A DNA stretch of 64,000 nt from an uncultured Aeromonadales bacterium (GTDB lineage Bacteria; Pseudomonadota; Gammaproteobacteria; Enterobacterales; Succinivibrionaceae): contig CACWLF010000002.1 in the NCBI GenBank assembly GCA_902761645.1, forward strand, positions 9,535-73,534, given 5' to 3'. This document shows positions 19,795-30,467 of the stretch, in pieces. The translations under genes were made by a program, and so were the position numbers. Within the stretch, counting starts at the first letter, position 1; every line of letters starts with the position of its first letter. The notes below the pieces were generated by a model, which worked only from the letters and a program-made list of their open reading frames with translations, was not told the DNA's origin and ran no database searches.

Positions 19795-20088
19795 ATGACT
19801 ATTCGTCCATTACGAGATAAAGTTATTGTTAAAAGAGAAGAAGTTGAAGCTAAATCTGCTGGCGGTATCGTTTTGACTGGTTCTGCAACCCAAAAGTCCA
19901 CCCGAGGTAAAGTAATTGCTGTCGGTACCGGAAAGGTTCTTGATAATGGTCAGGTTCAGCCACTTGCCGTTAAAGTTGGTGATTTGGTTATTTTTAATGA
20001 AGGTTATACAACTAAAACTGAAAAGTTAGACGGTGAAGAAGTTCTGATTCTTTCAGAAAACGATATTTTAGCTGTTGTAGAAGAATAA
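19795..20088 (+). CDS. groES: co-chaperonin GroES
   Basis: [16 protein letters not shown]...GGIVLTG... Good SD GGAG 8 nt upstream of ATG 19795. The track start GTG 19771 is unlikely. Confidence 0.97.
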   Translation: MTIRPLRDKVIVKREEVEAKSAGGIVLTGSATQKSTRGKVIAVGTGKVLDNGQVQPLAVKVGDLVIFNEGYTTKTEKLDGEEVLILSENDILAVVEE

Positions 20089-20108
20089 TTATAAATAGAG
20101 AGGTTTAA

Positions 20109-21752
<1,644 letters not shown>

Positions 21753-21787
21753 TTCTATCCTGTTGTTAATATGAAAATCTGATTTTT

Positions 21788-21812
21788 AAGCCTGCGTGAT
21801 GCAGGCTTTTTT
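21788..21812 (+). terminator. rho-independent terminator after groEL
   Basis: AAGCCTGC / GCAGGCTT stem with a 5-nt loop, followed by TTTTCTT. Confidence 0.85.
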
Positions 21813-21926
21813 CTTAATACAAGCAGTGTAATGCAAATTCTGCATCAAAAGGTTAGGAATCTCTAATATTTTTATCATTTATTGTTTTATAATGTCTAAG
21901 TTTATTATTTTTAGGTATTTAAAATA

Positions 21927-23696
21927 GTGTCGGTTGTATTGTATTTGATGATTTTCATCATAATTATTCTATTCATCAGTGTTATTCTGCTAATGCAGAA
22001 TATAAGCAAACTTAATAATATTAAGCAATTGTATGAGGGCAAAATTGAAGCGTACGAACGATTACTGGATTGTTCTCATGATTTGTTTTGGATAAAAGAT
22101 CGTGAGTATCGCCTGCAGTTTGTGAATGAAGAATATAAAAAATTATTTCCCGCTGTCTCTGATTTTGTTGGTATGACTGATCATGATCTGGCGGAAAAGT
22201 TTTTAGCGGATGGTTATCGCGCAGATGATGAAAAGGTAATGTCAAGCGCACGAGAACTTCATTATCAGGAAAATGATAAAGGAGTTTCATGGTTTGAGTC
22301 AACAAAGATTCCCGTGTTTAAGGGGAAAGATCGCAAAGTGGTAGGCTGTGCAGGAATAGCTCGTAATATTACAGACTTTAAAGCCCAGGAATCCAAAGTG
22401 TATGAACTGGAGCATTTGGATTATCTGTCAGGATTAACTAATCGATATTCGTTTGTTACTGAAGGAAAAAGGCACATAGAACAATGTATTTCTGAAGGTG
22501 GAACTGTCTATCTGGTTCTTGTTCATGTTGATCGTTTTTGCAATGTTAATGCGCTTAACGGTTTAAAAATCGGAGATGAATTACTTCGATTTGTTTCATT
22601 TGAACTGCGCAAGGTTGCGAAAGATTTTCAGACACAGATTTCAAGAGTCGGAGGAGATGACTTTTGTTTTGTCATGGATAGCAATCCAAAACAAAATGAT
22701 GTTGCAAAACTGGTAGAACAGATTCAGCTTGTTTTCAGTAAACCGTTTGAAGTTGCAGGAATGCATGTTAATTTATCATGCAGTATAGGTGTTTGCGGAA
22801 CTCAAAATAATGAAATTTCCGGCTTTGAATATTTATATCGAAATGTTGAATTGTGCATGCATATAGCCAAACAGAAAAATAAAAACAGGGTCACTTATTA
22901 TGAAGACATAGAAGTGGATCAAATGCTTAGGAAACTATCCATTGAACTTGAACTGTCTTTTGCAATGCAGAATGAGGAGTTTTATATTGTTTACCAGCCG
23001 AAAATTGATGTAGAAAGCGGTAAGTATATTGGTTCTGAATCATTGCTGCGCTGGAAAAACAAAAAATTGGGAGAACTGGCGCCTTTAGAATTTATAGAGT
23101 CCGCAACCCAAATGAAATTGATGGTTGAAATCGGATATTGGCAAATTGAAAAAACCATTACACAGAATCTGGAATGGGGTGCTTGCGGATATCATATGAT
23201 GCCTATTTCAATTAATTTAAATGAAACTCAGTTTTTTGATGATAACTTAACAAGAAAATTATCTGAACTTTTAGTGAAGTATAATTATCCTGGTGATTTG
23301 ATTGAATTTGAAATCTCTGAAAGAAATTTCATTATCGATAATAACAGTGCCTGCAGAATTTTAAGTGAACTTCATGAATTGGGAGTTAAAATTTCCATTG
23401 ACGATTTTGGTGTGGATTTTTTCAGCATGTTTAATATTGCCAAACTTGATATTGATTGTATTAAGATTAATCAGCAATATTTGGACAGGTTAGGCTGTGA
23501 ACAGAATAATTTGGATATAGTCAAATCAATTATTGCCTTAATTAATAAACACAATATCAAATTAATGGTATCAAATGTCGAAAAGGCAGAAGATATCAGA
23601 AATGTTAAAAATTTAAAAATAAATGCTGCACAGGGTTTTTACTATAAAAAACCCATGTTCTCAGATGAATTCTCGATATATTTAAAAAACATTTAG
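21927..23696 (+). CDS. membrane-anchored PAS - degenerate GGDEF - EAL protein (c-di-GMP turnover)
   Basis: N-terminal TM helix. PAS-like region. GGDDF instead of GG(D/E)EF at 22650-22664. EAL-domain signatures YQPK, ESLLRW, EISE, DDFG, QG. Confidence 0.85.
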   Translation: MSVVLYLMIFIIIILFISVILLMQNISKLNNIKQLYEGKIEAYERLLDCSHDLFWIKDREYRLQFVNEEYKKLFPAVSDFVGMTDHDLAEKFLADGYRADDEKVMSSARELHYQENDKGVSWFESTKIPVFKGKDRKVVGCAGIARNITDFKAQESKVYELEHLDYLSGLTNRYSFVTEGKRHIEQCISEGGTVYLVLVHVDRFCNVNALNGLKIGDELLRFVSFELRKVAKDFQTQISRVGGDDFCFVMDSNPKQNDVAKLVEQIQLVFSKPFEVAGMHVNLSCSIGVCGTQNNEISGFEYLYRNVELCMHIAKQKNKNRVTYYEDIEVDQMLRKLSIELELSFAMQNEEFYIVYQPKIDVESGKYIGSESLLRWKNKKLGELAPLEFIESATQMKLMVEIGYWQIEKTITQNLEWGACGYHMMPISINLNETQFFDDNLTRKLSELLVKYNYPGDLIEFEISERNFIIDNNSACRILSELHELGVKISIDDFGVDFFSMFNIAKLDIDCIKINQQYLDRLGCEQNNLDIVKSIIALINKHNIKLMVSNVEKAEDIRNVKNLKINAAQGFYYKKPMFSDEFSIYLKNI

Positions 23697-23746
23697 TTAT
23701 GTATAGAACCGGATAATTGCTATAGCTGGTTTATAAAAATACTTTA

Positions 23747-24625
23747 ATGAGATGTTTTATGGTGTCTTTCATGAAAACAGGAACATTTTTTATCGGAAAG
23801 AGAGAGATTCATTTTAGGGTTACCTCGTCCCGTTCAACTATTTCGGTTCGTATCGATAGATACGGAAAACTTCAGGTTTCCGGTCCCAGAACGACTACTT
23901 TGCGTGATATAAATGCTTTACTGAATAAATATAATGACATCATAAATCAGAAACTTGATAATTTAAAGTATAATCCATGCTTGCAGAATTATGAGTCAGG
24001 TAAAAAATATCTGATATTGGGGAAGCTTTTTAAAATATCCATGAATGTTGTTTCTGAGAGAGAGACAATGTCTGAAAATGTAAATTACGAAATAGATGAC
24101 AGTAATGCAAATATAAATTTCAAAATAACCCAAACATTGTTTAATCATTGGAATAAAGAATTATTAAGTGTTGATTCTGACAGTGATTTTAGCAGAGGCA
24201 ACTCGGATTTCAGTGGAGAAAACAAGGATAAGACAGTTGTTTCCCTGATGTTTGAAAGATTGCTTTGTTATTTGCTATACCAAATTATTACGGATTCGGT
24301 ACGATATTTCTGTGGATTATTAGGTTTGCAGAAGCCGGTAATTAAACTCAAATCATACAAGAGCAGGCATGGTTGCTGTTATTTCAAAAAAAATCTGGTT
24401 ATTTTTGATAAAGGATTGATTTTTCACGATCAAGCAACTATTAATGCGTGTGTCGTTCATGAACTGGTTCATTTTTATGAGCCGAATCATTCGAAGAAGT
24501 TTTATGATATGGTTTACCGGTATTATCCGAATTACGATTTGGCGGATAAGAAACTAAAGGATTCTGTAAACTATTTGTCGAACCTTAATCGACAACTGAG
24601 ACAAAAAGATGGATTGCCGAAGTAA
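23747..24625 (+). CDS. YgjP-like (DUF45 / M48-related) metal-dependent hydrolase
   Basis: C-terminal VVHELVHFYEPNHSKKFYDMV (HExxH ... NH) typical of the DUF45/YgjP family. The start is uncertain, with ATGs also at 23759 and 23771. Confidence 0.65.
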   Translation: MRCFMVSFMKTGTFFIGKREIHFRVTSSRSTISVRIDRYGKLQVSGPRTTTLRDINALLNKYNDIINQKLDNLKYNPCLQNYESGKKYLILGKLFKISMNVVSERETMSENVNYEIDDSNANINFKITQTLFNHWNKELLSVDSDSDFSRGNSDFSGENKDKTVVSLMFERLLCYLLYQIITDSVRYFCGLLGLQKPVIKLKSYKSRHGCCYFKKNLVIFDKGLIFHDQATINACVVHELVHFYEPNHSKKFYDMVYRYYPNYDLADKKLKDSVNYLSNLNRQLRQKDGLPK

Positions 24626-24649
24626 TTCATAAATTAGCAACATGACTGA

Positions 24650-24689
24650 AAATAGAACTTTAAGTTTAATTATCGGTACTCAAAGTTCT
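24650..24689 (-). terminator. possible terminator hairpin after mrcA
   Basis: AGAACTTT (24654-24661) / AAAGTTCT (24682-24689) with a 20-nt loop. On the minus strand it is followed by ATTTTC. The large loop lowers confidence. Confidence 0.35.
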
Positions 24690-24712
24690 ACCAATCATAC
24701 AGACTTTTTCAA

Positions 24713-27169
24713 TTAGAAAATATCACTAACATCCGGTGTTGACTTGTTTTCTCCTTCCGAAGCATTTTCGTAGTTGAAATAGTTGAATGTTCCTGTCGAT
24801 TTGACAGAAGGATCTGTATCGTTTTCAAAGAATTCATTTCTGGAATTTCCTGCACCCTGATTTACAAACAGACCTGTATTACGATCCACCCTGTGTACAA
24901 ATACATTGTTAGGTTTAAGAACCGGTGATTCTGGTTTATCCTTCATATATGGAACCATAAAGTAATTCCATATTGGCTGGGCAACAGTTGCGCCTGATTC
25001 TCTGCCAAGATTTCTTTGCTGATTATCAAATCCTGTCCAGACAGTTGTTACATAGTTTGAATTCAGACCGGAAAACCAGCAGTCTCTTGAATCGTTAGAG
25101 GTACCTGTTTTTCCGGAAAAATCTTTTCTGTTAGGCATTAATTTGGCAGTTCTCCATCCTGTACCGTTGAAGCCGTGCAATCCTCTTTCTGCACCGCCAT
25201 AAATTGCGGTGTGCATTGCTTCTGATATTAGAAATGCATTAGCATGAGAAATTATCTGCGGTGCAATGCGATGACCTTTTCCGTCTGAATACGCTAATCC
25301 GTCTAACACATGATCTTTGCACATCGGGCATGCAATTATTGGATTTGCCTTGAACAATACATTACCTTGAGCATCTTCAATGCGATCTACAATATATGGA
25401 TTTATCAGAAATCCGCCGTTTGATATGGCGGCATAGCCGCGAACCAGTTGAAGAGGTGTTACGTCGAGTGAACCTAAAGCTAATGGATCATTCTGATAGA
25501 TCTTGCTTACTGTTAAACCGAAGTTATTCAAATGTTCAACTACTTTCATAAGTCCGGTTCCGCGTAACAGTCTTACTGCAACCACGTTTTTTGATTTAGC
25601 CAGTGCTTCTCGGACTGTGATAGGACCGTCGTAAACATTAGGGGAATTTTTAGGGCTCCAGCCTGATTTTTTACCTGTTTCCCATGACGATATTGGAGCA
25701 TCCAAAACAAGAGTGGAAAGTGTATATCCATTTTGTAACGCAGCAGAGTAAACAAAAGGTTTGATATTGGAACCTGCCTGACGTTTCGCTTGTTCTGCTC
25801 TATTGAACTTACTCTGTTTAAAGCTGAATCCTCCTACAACCGCTTTAATTGCTCCGTTGTGTGAATCCAAAGAAATCAGAGCTGCCTGAGCAGCTGGTAG
25901 TTGAGATAATCTTAATACATCTTTTTCGTCAGTATAGACAAAAATCTGATAACCTGGCTTTAGAACTTCTTTTGCATTTTTTGGGGGATTACCGATTCTT
26001 CTGTCCGTTAGAAATTTACCTGCCCATTTAATACCATCCCAGCCAATAACTCCCTTCTTGTTGCCCTTGATTGCAACAGTGGCTTCCTTGGTATCGACAG
26101 ATAATACTACAGCCGGTTCAAGTAGACTGTAATTTGGCTGTTTTTCAAGATATTTATAGATTTTTTCTTCTTCCCATGGTTTTTCTGTACTATTCCAAAG
26201 AGTTGCGACAGGACCTCTGAATCCATGCCTGCGGTCGTAATCGGTTAGACCTTTGAATACAGCTAAATCTGCTAATGCCTGATCCTGAGAATTAACGGTA
26301 GTAAAAACCTTTATACCCTGGCGAGTTACTTCTTCTCCGAAATTATCAATAATACGCTGCCGGGTCATTTCGGCAACATAATCCGACTGAAACTCAATTT
26401 CTATAGGATGATATTTTGTTTCTACCGGCTCGGCAATTGCAGTTTCAAATTCTTTTTTAGTAATGAAATTCTGTTCAAGCATTTTTTGGAGAACAAGGTT
26501 TCGTCTGAATTCAGAATTTTTGGGGTGTGATATCGGATTATAGGATGAAGGCGCTTTAGGTAATCCGGCTAAAATCGCCATTTCTCCGATAGTTAAATGC
26601 TGGAGATCTTTACCGAAATATATTTCGGCAGCAGCAACAACCCCGTAGGTGTTATGTCCAAGAGCTATCTTGTTCAGATAAAGCTCCATTATCTGATCTT
26701 TGGTTAATTCCTGTTCGATCTTGATGGATATGAGGAGTTCAATGACTTTTCTTTTTATTGTTCTTTCAGGTGTCAGGAAAAAATTTTTGGCAACCTGCTG
26801 TGTTATCGTACTGGCACCCTGCTTTTTTTTGCCGGTTTTGGCAAATTCGACTGCGGCTCGCATAATACCTATAGGATCAAATCCTTTATGTGTATAAAAT
26901 CTCTGATCCTCAATTGCGACAAATGCCTGAATAAGTTTGGTTGGAACCTGATCTATTGTTACAGGTTTTCTCTTTATTTCTCCGAATACAGCCATAAGTT
27001 TTCCGTCATTGGAGTATATCTCCATTGGAGTTTCTAACTCGACGGTTTTTAACTGATCAATATTCGGAAGTTCTTTTTCAACTTCAAGCAAATAGTAGCA
27101 TACAACTGATGTACCGCACGCTATTAAAAAAATTACGAACCAAAAAAATCTTCTATACCAACAAAACAT
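24713..27169 (-). CDS. mrcA: penicillin-binding protein 1A (bifunctional glycosyltransferase/transpeptidase)
   Basis: GT51 motifs EDQRFYTHKGFD, GASTITQQ and RKVIE. Transpeptidase SxxK-type GSNIKP and KTGT. Divergent from pilM as in Pseudomonas ponA-pilM and E. coli mrcA-hofM. Confidence 0.95.
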   Translation of the reverse strand: MFCWYRRFFWFVIFLIACGTSVVCYYLLEVEKELPNIDQLKTVELETPMEIYSNDGKLMAVFGEIKRKPVTIDQVPTKLIQAFVAIEDQRFYTHKGFDPIGIMRAAVEFAKTGKKKQGASTITQQVAKNFFLTPERTIKRKVIELLISIKIEQELTKDQIMELYLNKIALGHNTYGVVAAAEIYFGKDLQHLTIGEMAILAGLPKAPSSYNPISHPKNSEFRRNLVLQKMLEQNFITKKEFETAIAEPVETKYHPIEIEFQSDYVAEMTRQRIIDNFGEEVTRQGIKVFTTVNSQDQALADLAVFKGLTDYDRRHGFRGPVATLWNSTEKPWEEEKIYKYLEKQPNYSLLEPAVVLSVDTKEATVAIKGNKKGVIGWDGIKWAGKFLTDRRIGNPPKNAKEVLKPGYQIFVYTDEKDVLRLSQLPAAQAALISLDSHNGAIKAVVGGFSFKQSKFNRAEQAKRQAGSNIKPFVYSAALQNGYTLSTLVLDAPISSWETGKKSGWSPKNSPNVYDGPITVREALAKSKNVVAVRLLRGTGLMKVVEHLNNFGLTVSKIYQNDPLALGSLDVTPLQLVRGYAAISNGGFLINPYIVDRIEDAQGNVLFKANPIIACPMCKDHVLDGLAYSDGKGHRIAPQIISHANAFLISEAMHTAIYGGAERGLHGFNGTGWRTAKLMPNRKDFSGKTGTSNDSRDCWFSGLNSNYVTTVWTGFDNQQRNLGRESGATVAQPIWNYFMVPYMKDKPESPVLKPNNVFVHRVDRNTGLFVNQGAGNSRNEFFENDTDPSVKSTGTFNYFNYENASEGENKSTPDVSDIF

Positions 27170-27578
27170 TTTGAATCTAGCACCTATTAATAATTTTATA
27201 ACATTATAATTTTAAAACTGTTATTAGACTACATAAATTTAAGCAGATATAAAAAAGAAGTGTTAATAATCTGTACATGGCGTATAATTCAAAAGGTGAG
27301 GCAATACTTGAAGCTGTTTCTGCTTATAATATTACCCAAGATTTGCTTTACCTATTTTACCCAGTAATGTAATAAGTTGAAGATAACATTAATGAATATA
27401 AAAATATAATGAGAAAGTCTGAATTAATTGAACAAAAATAATACAAAAATATTTTTTTTTGTTAATCACGTCAAATAAGAGAGTATTTGTTACTATCCTA
27501 AACTAGATATTTTTAATTTAGCGTATAGAATAAGTCTTGTTATAGTAGGTTTTTTTTATTAACAGCACGGATGCAATT

Positions 27579-28652
27579 ATGCGTAAAAACAAAAATCAAG
27601 GCAACACGTATTCCATGATTGGAGTAGACTTCGGAAGTCAGTCAATCAAGGCTGTTGCATTAGTTAATGGTAGCAGAACGAGCAATTTCCAGATTGAATC
27701 TTGTGGTGAAGTTGTTACTCCTAAGGGAGCTATAATGGATTACCAGATTCAGAATACGGAACAAGTCTCAAAATCTGTGGCGCAATTGTTGCGTACACTA
27801 GGTGTAAAGACACGATACGTTGCAACTTCTGTTTCAGGGTCCAATGTTATCAGTAAAGTAGTTCCTGTAGATAATACAATAACTACTGATGAGGCATTGC
27901 AGGAGTATATTAACCGCGAATCCGATCAATTGATACCGTTTGCTTCTGAGGATGTAAGTTTGGATTTTGAAATAATAGGTCCGAACCTAGAAGATCCTTC
28001 AAAGTCTGATGTGCTAGTAAGCGCAACAAGATCTAGCAATGTGTCTGATCGCCTGGAGGTCTTTGGACCGAATAATTATGAAACAAAAGTAATTGATGTG
28101 TCTATTCACGCCATAGCAAGAGCGGTTAAGGCTATTTATCCAAATTTGGCTGTAGCAGATTCAAAGACATGTGCGATAGTGGATATAGGAGCTGTTACCA
28201 TGACATTTGGTGTTATGGTTAATGGTGAAATTGTTTATACACGTCTGCAGAGTTTCGGCGGTGATAATTTCACACAGTCAATAGCACATTTTTATAATGT
28301 TCCTTATGATGAAGCAGAAAAGATGAAAGTCCAGGAGAGATTGCCTGCTGATGCATTAAGCGATGTGATTCCGCAGCACTTCTCGATGCTAACATCGCAG
28401 ATTAAGCGTAATTTGCAACTGTATGCTTCTACGTCTTCAAACAATAAAGTTTCAATGATTATCTTAACCGGTGGCGGAAGTCTGGTTCCGGGATTGGCTG
28501 AGCATTTGTCAAATCAGTTGAAAATAGAAGTTAAGCACCCTGATCCGCTTGATTCGTCTCCAAATCAGAGATCAGATAGTTTAAAACATGGCGCTAAGTA
28601 TATGACTGCACTTGGTTTAGCGTTAAGGAGTTTTGAACCATGTCAAATATAA
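27579..28652 (+). CDS. pilM: type IV pilus assembly protein PilM (actin-like ATPase fold)
   Basis: IGVDFGSQSIKAV N-terminus, about 355 aa, first gene of the pilMNOPQ order. Confidence 0.9.
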   Translation: MRKNKNQGNTYSMIGVDFGSQSIKAVALVNGSRTSNFQIESCGEVVTPKGAIMDYQIQNTEQVSKSVAQLLRTLGVKTRYVATSVSGSNVISKVVPVDNTITTDEALQEYINRESDQLIPFASEDVSLDFEIIGPNLEDPSKSDVLVSATRSSNVSDRLEVFGPNNYETKVIDVSIHAIARAVKAIYPNLAVADSKTCAIVDIGAVTMTFGVMVNGEIVYTRLQSFGGDNFTQSIAHFYNVPYDEAEKMKVQERLPADALSDVIPQHFSMLTSQIKRNLQLYASTSSNNKVSMIILTGGGSLVPGLAEHLSNQLKIEVKHPDPLDSSPNQRSDSLKHGAKYMTALGLALRSFEPCQI

Positions 28653-29257
28653 ATTTATTACCATGGCGTGAGGAATTGCAAAGACGCCGTAATGCCACAT
28701 TTTACATGGCATTAGCGATTGCCTTTGTTGTTGCTGCATTAATTGGTTCTGTTGGATACTGGTATGTGCAACAGTTAGTTGATAATCAGCAAACAAGAAT
28801 TAATCGTTTAAATGAGGAAATTAAAAAACTGGATGTGAAACTTGCAACAATTGATGGCTTGAAAGCTGAAATCGACAGTATGAAAAGACGTATGGATACC
28901 ATTACCCGTCTTCAAGAGTCCAGAAATCAGGCAGTTCATTTGTTGAATGATCTTCCTACATTTGTTGGCAGCGGAGTTTATCTTGATAAGGTTTCTTTAA
29001 ACAATGGAAAAGTTTCCGTACAAGGTGCGACAGAAGCTCACTTGCGTGTAGTTGCAATGATCAGAGCTATTGAAGCAAGTACATGGTTGAAGAATCCTGT
29101 AATTAAGAATATTGTTGCAGAAAAAGGAAGCAACTCAATTGTTAGCCAGGCTGCTCGTGCGTTCGGCTTGAACCTAAGTGATTTTGACATGAGTTTCGAC
29201 GTTCCTTATTCTGTTGAACAAGAACAAACAAATGTAACTAGAAGGGGTAGAAGATAA
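28640..29257 (+). CDS. pilN: type IV pilus assembly protein PilN
   Basis: INLLPWRE N-terminal motif, single TM helix, coiled coil. Overlaps pilM by 13 nt. Confidence 0.9.
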   Translation: MSNINLLPWREELQRRRNATFYMALAIAFVVAALIGSVGYWYVQQLVDNQQTRINRLNEEIKKLDVKLATIDGLKAEIDSMKRRMDTITRLQESRNQAVHLLNDLPTFVGSGVYLDKVSLNNGKVSVQGATEAHLRVVAMIRAIEASTWLKNPVIKNIVAEKGSNSIVSQAARAFGLNLSDFDMSFDVPYSVEQEQTNVTRRGRR

Positions 29258-29892
29258 TGGCTAGGTTAGAAGATTTTAGTAACTTAGATGTACACAATCC
29301 TGGATCTTTCCCGTTGGTTATTAAAGGGTTATGTTTGATTGCGGTTGTGGTTGTCGTTTTAATGGCATCTGCTTATTTGATATTCGGTACTGATGGCTGT
29401 CCATGGGATGAAAAAATTCAAAAAGAAGCGGAAGTTGAAAAGTTGAAAGCACAGTTTTATGAGAAAGCACAAAGAGCCAATAATCTTGAGGCTTATGAAG
29501 AGCAGAAGAGAAAACTTGAGTCGATGTTGCGTGATCAGTTGAACATGCTTCCTAACAGTAATGAAATTGCTCAGTTGTTGAGTGATATCAGTAAAACTGC
29601 TACTGATAACGGCTTGAAATTGGAAAAAATCAATTGGGCACCTGAGCAGAGAAAGGAAATGTATACCGAAATACCTATGGATATTGTAATCGTAGGTGAT
29701 TACGCTAGAATGGGTGGTTTTACCGCAGATGTAGCTAATTTAAGCCGTATCGTGGTTATTGAAAAATTTGATATTCAGCATTATACAAATCAGTCTGAAG
29801 ATCTGAAAATGACTATGACTGCGAAGACCTACCGTTATAATGAGCAGGAAAATAATGCTAAAGGCAAAAACGCGCAGAGGGGTGGCAGATAA
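29257..29892 (+). CDS. pilO: type IV pilus assembly protein PilO
   Basis: Bitopic protein with a coiled coil and a ferredoxin-like C-terminus. Start overlaps the pilN stop. Position in the operon. Confidence 0.85.
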   Translation: MARLEDFSNLDVHNPGSFPLVIKGLCLIAVVVVVLMASAYLIFGTDGCPWDEKIQKEAEVEKLKAQFYEKAQRANNLEAYEEQKRKLESMLRDQLNMLPNSNEIAQLLSDISKTATDNGLKLEKINWAPEQRKEMYTEIPMDIVIVGDYARMGGFTADVANLSRIVVIEKFDIQHYTNQSEDLKMTMTAKTYRYNEQENNAKGKNAQRGGR

Positions 29893-30449
29893 TGAATAAT
29901 AAATTGTTACCTATATTAGTATTATCCTTGTCAGCATTGACTTTAGTTGGATGTAATGATAATGATGATTTGGAAGCTTACATTAAGAACAGTTACAATC
30001 AGCCTGCACAGCCTCCTGAGCCTTTGCCTGAACCTGTAAAGTTTGAGGCTATGCCGTTTGAACCGCAAACTGATCGTTCTCCTTTCTCTTTGCCTAAACC
30101 AGAAAATATTGTGGTACAGAAGGCTGCTAAGAAGGATGGGGACTGTTTGATGCCAGACACAACTAGACCTAAAGATGTTTTGGAACAGTACGCTTTGGAA
30201 AATTTATCCATGAGAGGTACGTTTAAGGATGCATCCGGTCAGATTTGGGCTTTGATCAATGCTGGTTCATCTGGCAGTTTAGAGCATCAGAAGGTACGTG
30301 TGGGAAATTATTTAGGTTTAAATAATGGTAAGATTACAGCAATTACGCCTAATGCTATTGAGATTGAAGAGTATATTGGCAAAGGTGATGGTTGCTTTGA
30401 ATTAAAACCAACTATGTTAGAACTTGCTGTGTCTAACACATTAAAGTAA
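29892..30449 (+). CDS. pilP: type IV pilus assembly lipoprotein PilP
   Basis: Lipobox LVGC, Pro-rich linker, beta-domain, between pilO and pilQ. Confidence 0.85.
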   Translation: MNNKLLPILVLSLSALTLVGCNDNDDLEAYIKNSYNQPAQPPEPLPEPVKFEAMPFEPQTDRSPFSLPKPENIVVQKAAKKDGDCLMPDTTRPKDVLEQYALENLSMRGTFKDASGQIWALINAGSSGSLEHQKVRVGNYLGLNNGKITAITPNAIEIEEYIGKGDGCFELKPTMLELAVSNTLK

Positions 30450-30467
30450 ATAGGCAGGAAATTAATT

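Noticed and set aside
27277-27372. 31-codon ORF in the 409-bp mrcA-pilM spacer
   Set aside because: It has no SD and no recognisable features. The spacer is otherwise typical AT-rich promoter DNA for two divergent operons.
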